A program made the position numbers and the translations under genes. DNA of 64,000 nt from an uncultured virus (IMG/VR IMGVR_UViG_3300008964_000003) (taxonomy: Duplodnaviria; Heunggongvirae; Uroviricota; Caudoviricetes): IMG/VR virus record IMGVR_UViG_3300008964_000003. The stretch is one strand, 5' to 3'. The notes below the pieces were generated by a model. The model was not told the DNA's origin, searched no databases, and saw nothing but the letters and a program-made list of their open reading frames with translations. Shown in pieces: positions 57,685 through 64,000 of this stretch; position 1 is the first letter of the stretch, and the number at the start of each line of letters is the position of its first letter.

Positions 57685-58070
57685 TGTAAACGTTGAAGCA
57701 ACGTGGACACATTCTGGACCTGGGGGCGGTACCCAGCGACTCCACCATAAGGATACACAATGAAACAATATTCAAAAGAATATTTAGAGTTTGAACTGAA
57801 ACACACTAAAGAGTTGGTAGAACTTCATCATAACACAAGAGATGAAGAATTGAGACTTCAAATTTTAGAAGTTAGAAAAACTCTTGAGCGTATCTTTTTG
57901 ATGGGGTCGAAATTAGGATCGACAGGTGTGAAAGTGAAAGTGGAGTTTACCGGATGACTGCGTTATTGGTCAATTAAACTAAATGCAAATGAAAATTTCG
58001 CACCTACAGGTTACGCCCTAGCGGCATAATGCTGGTGGGTATGAGCACCACCTAGAAACAGAACGGACTC
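57685..58070 (+). ncRNA. ssrA: Circularly permuted two-piece tmRNA (alphaproteobacterial type)
   Basis: Acceptor piece first: T-arm CTGGG-GGCGGTA-CCCAG, CGACTCC-A-CCA ending at 57747. Coding piece from GGGGTCG at 57903 gives a 7-bp stem with G3.U70. Tag ANENFAPTGYALAA* at 57985-58029. Outer ends approximate. Confidence 0.92.
57760..57957 (+). CDS. ORF in tmRNA intervening segment, reading into the tmRNA 5' end
   Basis: AAGGA RBS directly after the CCA; 65 codons. Confidence 0.5.
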   Translation: MKQYSKEYLEFELKHTKELVELHHNTRDEELRLQILEVRKTLERIFLMGSKLGSTGVKVKVEFTG

Positions 58071-58099
58071 GCAACAACTTTAATTTTATAGGACTAAAA

Positions 58100-58435
58100 A
58101 TGAAAAATATTCTCTTGGCAACAGCCGCAACATTCGCTCTTACAACTTCTGCATTTGCAGCTGATCTAGGCTATGCCGGTGACGTTGAATATGATATTGA
58201 AACAGAAACAGCTGCACTTGAATTTGGACCAGCACTTTCAATGGCCGGTTTCCTAGTTGAACCAAAAATGCACGCAGGTGCTACATTTACAGACGGCGCA
58301 ACAGTAAACTTTACTGGTGTATCTGCAAAAGCAACATACGGCGTAACTGCTAATGTTTCTGTATATGGTACAGTATCAGCTGACAAAGACTTTAAATACG
58401 ACACAGCAACAGTTGGTGTTGGCTTTAACTTCTAA
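58100..58435 (+). CDS. Small outer-membrane beta-barrel/porin-like protein
   Basis: Signal peptide (SAFA|AD), alternating beta strands, C-terminal VGVGFNF. Confidence 0.7.
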   Translation: MKNILLATAATFALTTSAFAADLGYAGDVEYDIETETAALEFGPALSMAGFLVEPKMHAGATFTDGATVNFTGVSAKATYGVTANVSVYGTVSADKDFKYDTATVGVGFNF

Positions 58436-58478
58436 TAACTGCCTTTGGCACAGGGATAGGCTATACGCCATCCGAATT

Positions 58479-58508
58479 AAAAGAGCGTCCTTGTGGCGCT
58501 CTTTTTTT
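58479..58508 (+). terminator. Intrinsic terminator
   Basis: aaagagcg.c/g.cgctcttt plus T-run. Confidence 0.8.
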
Positions 58509-58546
58509 ACATAAATATGAATGTTATTATATTATAGGACTATGCT

Positions 58547-59104
58547 ATGTTTAAAAAATTACTAATTGCAGTGCCATTGATTCTTGCTTACTCTTTAGCA
58601 GTTGCTGAACCAATTGTTACTGAATCCACAACTGATAGTACTGTTACTTCGAATTCGAATTCAACTACAACTGTCAAAACTGCACCACCATCAGCAATTT
58701 CACCTTCGATCAATACATCGAATAGTGACACATGTACGATCGGTGTTTCAGGCGCGGTTCAAACACAAATTCTTGGTATCTCTGCTGGTAAAACAGTTCG
58801 TGATATGAATTGTGAACGACTCAAAAATGCAAAAACTTTATATGACATGGGCATGAAAGTTGCTGCCGTGTCTGTTATGTGTCAAGATTCTAGAATCTTT
58901 GATGCTATGATGGATGCTGGCACACCTTGCCCATATGATGGAATGATTGGCGATGCTGCTAAGGAAGCTTGGAAACTAGATGAGGGTAAACAACCATCAA
59001 ATGTAAAACGAAGCACTATTCTGAAAGATATGGATGAAGATGATAAAAGCACTCTTAAAGGTGCCGCTGGTGTTGGTGGCCTCTTACTCTTATTGCTACT
59101 CTGA
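58547..59104 (+). CDS. Secreted Cys-containing protein with C-terminal hydrophobic tail
   Basis: Signal peptide, Ser/Thr linker, four Cys, GGLLLLLLL end. Confidence 0.65.
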   Translation: MFKKLLIAVPLILAYSLAVAEPIVTESTTDSTVTSNSNSTTTVKTAPPSAISPSINTSNSDTCTIGVSGAVQTQILGISAGKTVRDMNCERLKNAKTLYDMGMKVAAVSVMCQDSRIFDAMMDAGTPCPYDGMIGDAAKEAWKLDEGKQPSNVKRSTILKDMDEDDKSTLKGAAGVGGLLLLLLL

Positions 59105-59927
59105 AGTCATAACCGGACAAACCAATAACGCTACTAGCAATGGTTACAGTTGGAATATGGCTGATATATTACCGCCCGAGGCTGGTATAGAGGTTAGTGG
59201 TGTATTTCATCGTTATACTATAACGAAAGATCCATCTACTGATGCCACTGTTGTTATTCGTAATGAAGACGCAATAAATGGTGGTTATGTATACGAGAGA
59301 AACGATAGCTGGGATCAGTTACCCGGAAATACTAAAGTTGGATTTGATCCGATGATTACTAACATTCCAGGTAATAGATGGGGGCCTGGGGAAATATTTG
59401 TGAATGGTGATGGCACAATTAGTGATGCCAATATATCATACACATATCAGTTTGATACTTGTTACAATCCTTTATTAGATCCAAGCTGTGATGGATATTT
59501 TGATTCTATGTATCAATATTTGTTAGATAATGGGCTTTTAGGCACTATTGATTATGATGATCCATATTATGATGAATTCGTACAAAGATATTTAGAAGAA
59601 AATGCAGAAACCGACCTTGAAGAAACTGAAATTCAAGAAGAAGTGATTACCGAAGAAGAAGAAACTGAAGAAAGATCGTTGGAAGAGGTGTTAGCTATTA
59701 CAGGCGCTGCAGAATCGATCGGCGATGCAGCTCAGCAACAAGCTGCTATGGCACAATTAACTAATAGTATTCAATTTACTCCTTATTATAGCGTCACTAT
59801 TCAAGGAGGAAAATACGAAGATTCTTTATCATTTGAAGATAAAGATATTCCCGACAACAGAAAAGCATTGAGCAATTTGGCAAGTCAACAATTGCATAGG
59901 GATATGGTTCGTTTACAATATGATTAA
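59034..59927 (+). CDS. Secreted protein with acidic linker
   Basis: Hydrophobic N-terminus, CYNPLLDPSC, Glu-rich segment. Confidence 0.6.
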   Translation: MKMIKALLKVPLVLVASYSYCYSEVITGQTNNATSNGYSWNMADILPPEAGIEVSGVFHRYTITKDPSTDATVVIRNEDAINGGYVYERNDSWDQLPGNTKVGFDPMITNIPGNRWGPGEIFVNGDGTISDANISYTYQFDTCYNPLLDPSCDGYFDSMYQYLLDNGLLGTIDYDDPYYDEFVQRYLEENAETDLEETEIQEEVITEEEETEERSLEEVLAITGAAESIGDAAQQQAAMAQLTNSIQFTPYYSVTIQGGKYEDSLSFEDKDIPDNRKALSNLASQQLHRDMVRLQYD

Positions 59928-59952
59928 TAAGATAAACAATCGGAGAACTAAA

Positions 59953-60450
59953 ATGTTCAATACAAAAACACTTACAGTGGCGTTTTCGCTATTAGCATCT
60001 GCAAGCTTTGCAAATGTTAATATTACGGGCACAGTTCAGTCTAAATGTTCTGTTCATACTGAAACTCAGGGCGTATATGGTAACCCTACCGCCGACAAAC
60101 TAAGCACTGCATCTGCAGATGGCGGCGTTGTTCCTCGTATTCGCTACGATGTTTCATTAGCTGATAGCTATATCGCAAAAATCTCGTACCCGACATCATT
60201 CTCATCATCACCAACTTTGAATGATGTTGTTAACTGGACTGGTACTGTTGCGGTAGATAAAGTTACAGATCCATTAATGTCAGCATATGAAACAAATAAA
60301 GTCGTATACGATAGCACAACCGAATACGATATGACAATTGCCGGTAGCACATGGTTCACTATTGAATCCTCTGCCGAATACGGATATAATCAGGCTCTTC
60401 CAGGCGGTAACTATACTGCTATCGTAGAAGCCGAATGTATCGCAAAGTAA
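59953..60450 (+). CDS. Secreted pilin-like (Ig-fold) protein
   Basis: GGAG RBS, signal peptide, VNITGTVQSKC N-terminal strand, GGNYTAIVEAEC C-terminal strand. Confidence 0.5.
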   Translation: MFNTKTLTVAFSLLASASFANVNITGTVQSKCSVHTETQGVYGNPTADKLSTASADGGVVPRIRYDVSLADSYIAKISYPTSFSSSPTLNDVVNWTGTVAVDKVTDPLMSAYETNKVVYDSTTEYDMTIAGSTWFTIESSAEYGYNQALPGGNYTAIVEAECIAK

Positions 60451-60451
60451 T

Positions 60452-60823
60452 ATGAAGTATGTGATAGGGATATTGTTGGGGCTGTCTGGTGCAGCAAATG
60501 CTCATGAGATGGTTCCAGCTTATCCTACTATGAAACCGTCTTATATATCAGGCGTGTCAGTAACAAGTATGAAATTATTTAATAGAAGAGATGATGTTAG
60601 ATATTATGAGATTGGTGTGTTTACGAGTGAATGGAAGCCAATTGCGTTTGCTTCAGAAGAAAAGATTATAAAGTTAGAGTATTTAGGAAAAAAGACCTTT
60701 GAGGTTTATATCCGCAATAGTGATTTAGATGATGCTACCTATATTTGCACCTTATCTAAATTAGAAAAGGACAATGTTCGAACTACAGGAGTATCCTCTA
60801 AAATATGTTCGAAAATAAAGTGA
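60452..60823 (+). CDS. Secreted fimbrial-chaperone-like protein
   Basis: Signal peptide (ANA|HEM), beta-rich, LFN motif, two Cys. Confidence 0.45.
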   Translation: MKYVIGILLGLSGAANAHEMVPAYPTMKPSYISGVSVTSMKLFNRRDDVRYYEIGVFTSEWKPIAFASEEKIIKLEYLGKKTFEVYIRNSDLDDATYICTLSKLEKDNVRTTGVSSKICSKIK

Positions 60824-60832
60824 GGCAAAAAT

Positions 60833-61219
60833 GTGAGATATTTTATTATTTTTATGTTAATGGCAACATGCGCATATGGTGATTCAAGTTCAATAAGTTT
60901 AGGCTTACCTTCAATGCCACAAAACTATCAATCTGATAAGTTTAGGGCCGGAGAACTTGATTGCTCAAATGCTATTGGGTCAGCAACTAATATGGAATTT
61001 GGCGTGACTGGTACTGTTGAACAAGGCGGAGCCTTTGGAAATGATACGCCCGGTGATGTTGGAGTCTATGCCAGAATTGTCATACCTCTTGGCAAAAGAG
61101 TTAAGAGTAGAATTGATTGTAATAGACTATATGAATTAGAACTAAAAAAGAAACAACTCGAAGTTTTAAAACTCGAAGCAGAGTTAAAACAACTTAGAGA
61201 ATTACAATTTGAAAATTAA
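60833..61219 (+). CDS. Secreted protein with C-terminal coiled coil
   Basis: Signal peptide, two further Cys, LELKKKQLEVLKLEAEL. Confidence 0.55.
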   Translation: MRYFIIFMLMATCAYGDSSSISLGLPSMPQNYQSDKFRAGELDCSNAIGSATNMEFGVTGTVEQGGAFGNDTPGDVGVYARIVIPLGKRVKSRIDCNRLYELELKKKQLEVLKLEAELKQLRELQFEN

Positions 61220-61267
61220 TTATTAAAATAGTGACATATATCATGGAAACCAAACAAAGGGTTAGAC

Positions 61268-61984
61268 ATGACTATAGATCGCTCAGCACACTTTGCCCAT
61301 ATGGCAGAGCTTGCGTATAAAGATGGTAAAGAAGCCAAACCTAATTTTAAAAAGTTAGGCTACACCTATCATAAGTTCATCGACATTGACTGCGCACAGG
61401 TACATGTGTGCTGGAACAAAACTGAAATGGTTCTTGCTTTCCGTGGCACAGAACCGGGCGAGTTTTCTGATATTAAAGCAGATCTCAACGCATTCCCAGA
61501 CCGAGCCCAAGTTGGTGGTTGGGTACACAACGGATTTCAAACTGAATTAGAAAAAGTATGGCAAGATGTTTTAAAAGTTATGGGTGACAAACTTGGTTCC
61601 CGTAAACTATACATCTGTGGACATTCGTTAGGCGGCGCAATGGCAACTATTGCGGCTTCTCGACTAAATCCACATGCGTTGTACACATATGGATCACCTA
61701 GAGTGGGAACTAAAAAGTTCGTTAAGAATATTACATGCAAGCATTACAGGCATGTTAATAATAATGATATTGTTCCAAAGGTTCCATTTGCTTTTCTTGG
61801 TTATAGACATCATGGAGAGCTTCAATATATTAATTTCTACGGTAACATCCGTAAAATGACATCATGGCAGAGATTCAAAGACGGTTTCAGAGGACGTCGC
61901 GCTGCTTGGAAAAATAAACAACCATTTGATGGCGCCCGTGATCACGGCATGTCCAATTATATAAAATACTTGGAGAAAGAATAA
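61268..61984 (+). CDS. Class 3 lipase
   Basis: LAFRGT, VHNGF, GHSLGGA, TYGSPRVG, DIVPKVP. Confidence 0.92.
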   Translation: MTIDRSAHFAHMAELAYKDGKEAKPNFKKLGYTYHKFIDIDCAQVHVCWNKTEMVLAFRGTEPGEFSDIKADLNAFPDRAQVGGWVHNGFQTELEKVWQDVLKVMGDKLGSRKLYICGHSLGGAMATIAASRLNPHALYTYGSPRVGTKKFVKNITCKHYRHVNNNDIVPKVPFAFLGYRHHGELQYINFYGNIRKMTSWQRFKDGFRGRRAAWKNKQPFDGARDHGMSNYIKYLEKE

Positions 61985-62436
61985 TGCCTAACGAGTATAA
62001 AGTAAAAGTTTTAAAGATCGTCGACGGCGACACTGTAGACGTGGATATTGATCTTGGGTTCGGTATCGTGCTCACGGACGAGCGCGTACGAATAGTTGGC
62101 ATCGACACCCCAGAATCACGTACGTCAAATAAAGTTGAGAAGATCTTTGGACTTGTATCAAAGAATAGATTGAAGCAGCTATTAGAAAAAGAAGCAATCC
62201 TAATCACATTCGATGATAAGAATGGTGAAGACATGAAGGGTAAGTTTGGTCGTGTGCTCGGTGACTTTAAATGCGGTGACACTACTGTATCTAAAGTGCT
62301 GATTGAAGAAGGACACGCTGTTCCATATCACGGTCAAAACAAAGCAGATGTTGAAATTGCTCACCTTGCAAACCGTAACAGACTAATGCAAGAAGGTGTA
62401 GTTGATCCTGCGGAAGTACAGGCGGCTGACAAATGA
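61984..62436 (+). CDS. Thermonuclease (SNase-like)
   Basis: VDGDT, RIVGIDTPE, GKFGRVLG. Confidence 0.92.
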   Translation: MPNEYKVKVLKIVDGDTVDVDIDLGFGIVLTDERVRIVGIDTPESRTSNKVEKIFGLVSKNRLKQLLEKEAILITFDDKNGEDMKGKFGRVLGDFKCGDTTVSKVLIEEGHAVPYHGQNKADVEIAHLANRNRLMQEGVVDPAEVQAADK

Positions 62437-62714
62437 TTTGGGATATGGTAGAAAGGATGGCTAGTGACAGATTATGGATCTATACAAGCATTGCTGGCAG
62501 TATTGCTGGTGCTATGGTATTGGCTTATCTTAGCACTACACGAATCGGGTTATGGGGATATGCTCAATTCGATAGAGCAGTGGATTATCTCGTGGATCGT
62601 TGGGGACTAACTTGGTTAGAACAACCTGAAGATGCATGGAGAAAGAAATACCCAAAGATAACAAAGAAAATAGATGAATTGGAGGCAAGAATCAATGAAC
62701 TGGATAAAAAGTAG
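62433..62714 (+). CDS. Small membrane protein
   Basis: One TM segment plus C-terminal coiled coil. Confidence 0.6.
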   Translation: MIWDMVERMASDRLWIYTSIAGSIAGAMVLAYLSTTRIGLWGYAQFDRAVDYLVDRWGLTWLEQPEDAWRKKYPKITKKIDELEARINELDKK

Positions 62715-62850
62715 ATTAGTAGAAAGAACGTCTCTGGATGGCGTAGTGTTGATCGGATGTGGTATCGCTATGATCCTAGCACCCCTTAATCTTATCGCGT
62801 ATGGCATGATCGCATACGGCGCTTGGACACTGTTGAAAGGTGAGAAGTAA
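62695..62850 (+). CDS. Small membrane protein, holin-like (below cutoff)
   Basis: GGAGG RBS; MNWIKSRLVERTSLDG plus hydrophobic core. Confidence 0.6.
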   Translation: MNWIKSRLVERTSLDGVVLIGCGIAMILAPLNLIAYGMIAYGAWTLLKGEK

Positions 62851-63194
62851 TGACTGAGGAAACAAAGGTCGCAAAAGAATATCATCCGGCTGACACCAAC
62901 GGAGACGGTCATGTGTCTGCTGAAGAAGAAGCAATGTATCTTGAGTTCAAACGAAAGGAACTTGAAGATGCTGATGCTATGCGTGATGCCCAAAGAAACA
63001 TGACATGGTTTGCTCTAGGCGGACTATTACTATATCCATTTGCTGTTGTTCTTGCTTACATGGTGGGACTTGACTCGGCTGGTCAAATATTAGGCAATAT
63101 GGCAGCAACATACTTTGTTTCGGTTGCTGGTATCGTGGCAGCATTCTTTGGCTCACAAGCATATGCTAAAAGCTCAGCTTCAAAACCTAAGTAA
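62850..63194 (+). CDS. Two-TM membrane protein with EF-hand-like loop, holin-like
   Basis: DTNGDGHVSAEE, two TM helices. Confidence 0.6.
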   Translation: MTEETKVAKEYHPADTNGDGHVSAEEEAMYLEFKRKELEDADAMRDAQRNMTWFALGGLLLYPFAVVLAYMVGLDSAGQILGNMAATYFVSVAGIVAAFFGSQAYAKSSASKPK

Positions 63195-63203
63195 GGAAAG
63201 AAC

Positions 63204-63758
63204 ATGGCAGAGTTTGAATTTGGCGGAATGACTTTTCGAGGTGGTAAGATGGCGGTTGTACTAACGGCGCTGTCTACTGCAGGTGGAGCTTTGTGGGGTG
63301 GTTTTGAGTTCTATAAAGACTATGTTGATATGAAAGAAGTCGTACAGAATATCGACATAGATAAAATTAAAGCAGAGAATGCATTAGTGCAAACAAAACT
63401 TGACGGAGCAATTGACTATACTCGCGATATTAAAGATGGCTTGCGTGATGATTTACTTAAGCTTGAACAAGCAGTAGATCGCATGGAAGATAAAGTAGAC
63501 GAATCTGAAAATCGCGTTAAAGATGCCCAAGATAATATTGAACAAACGCTTGAAGGTATTCGCACTGAAATGAATCAGGTACAAAAAGATGTAACAGCAT
63601 CTATACGAGAAGTAGAAAAGACTATTAGAGAGTCAGAAAAAGATGTTCGTGACACAATGCGTGAGACGGAAACTCGTATAGATACTGATATGAGACAGCT
63701 TGATAAAGATATAAAAGAAGTCTTACAGGAAGCATTAGATAACCCATTGAACAATTAA
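63204..63758 (+). CDS. Membrane-anchored coiled-coil protein
   Basis: N-terminal TM, long heptad/11-mer repeats. Confidence 0.6.
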   Translation: MAEFEFGGMTFRGGKMAVVLTALSTAGGALWGGFEFYKDYVDMKEVVQNIDIDKIKAENALVQTKLDGAIDYTRDIKDGLRDDLLKLEQAVDRMEDKVDESENRVKDAQDNIEQTLEGIRTEMNQVQKDVTASIREVEKTIRESEKDVRDTMRETETRIDTDMRQLDKDIKEVLQEALDNPLNN

Positions 63759-63761
63759 CTG

Positions 63762-63789
63762 TTTACAAATGGGTATATAGTGGTATAAT
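63762..63789 (+). promoter_or_regulatory. Early/middle promoter
   Basis: TTTACA-N16-TATAAT. Confidence 0.7.
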
Positions 63790-63822
63790 ATAAAAGATTC
63801 TTTTATCAATGGGTAGTATACT

Positions 63823-64000
63823 ATGAGAATTTTGGGTGTTAGTGAAGGTTTCCATGATGCAGGTGTTGCATTAGTGGATAAAGGTGAGATCTTATATGCT
63901 GGTCATTCTGAGCGGTATTCTAAGATTAAGAATGACCCTAGGATTCATCCTGATCAGTATTTTGATCATGATCTATACGCATATTATGAAAAGAATTGGC
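63823..64000 (+). CDS. Carbamoyltransferase (NodU/CmcH family), 3'-truncated by window
   Basis: MRILGVSEGFHDAGVALV..GEIL...HSERYSKIKND. Confidence 0.85.
   Translation, partial: MRILGVSEGFHDAGVALVDKGEILYAGHSERYSKIKNDPRIHPDQYFDHDLYAYYEKNW

Noticed and set aside
57716..57747. Stand-alone tRNA gene
   Set aside because: Only a T-arm and 3' acceptor strand are present; these belong to the permuted tmRNA

Overview
This is a 64-kb segment of a large T4-like myovirus genome, almost all on the + strand. The host is probably an alphaproteobacterium (inference from a permuted alpha-type tmRNA, a DUF1127 gene and a ROSE-like element). In order the window holds: (i) 1-7155, two glycosyltransferase-like genes plus five radical SAM and two stand-alone SPASM-like genes; (ii) 7204-12130, late fibre/decoration genes with 18-aa Ala/Thr repeats; (iii) 12154-24085, the T4 neck/terminase/tail/portal/capsid block (gp13-gp23); (iv) a small minus-strand early island, then gp3, uvsY, uvsW, gp55, gp47/46/45/44/62, regA, hsp20, gp43, an AEP-type primase, uvsX, gp41 and thyX, with small-molecule-modifying enzymes interleaved (amidinotransferase, kinase, PLP enzyme, 2OG oxygenases, QueC-like, sulfotransferase, APS kinase); (v) a gp42-type dCMP hydroxymethylase locus with candidate hypermodification genes; (vi) a two-piece (circularly permuted) tmRNA whose intervening segment carries an ORF; (vii) a porin-like gene, an operon of secreted pilin/chaperone-like proteins, lipase, nuclease, holin-like genes and a carbamoyltransferase truncated by the window end. 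All product calls come from motif recognition by eye; no searches were run.
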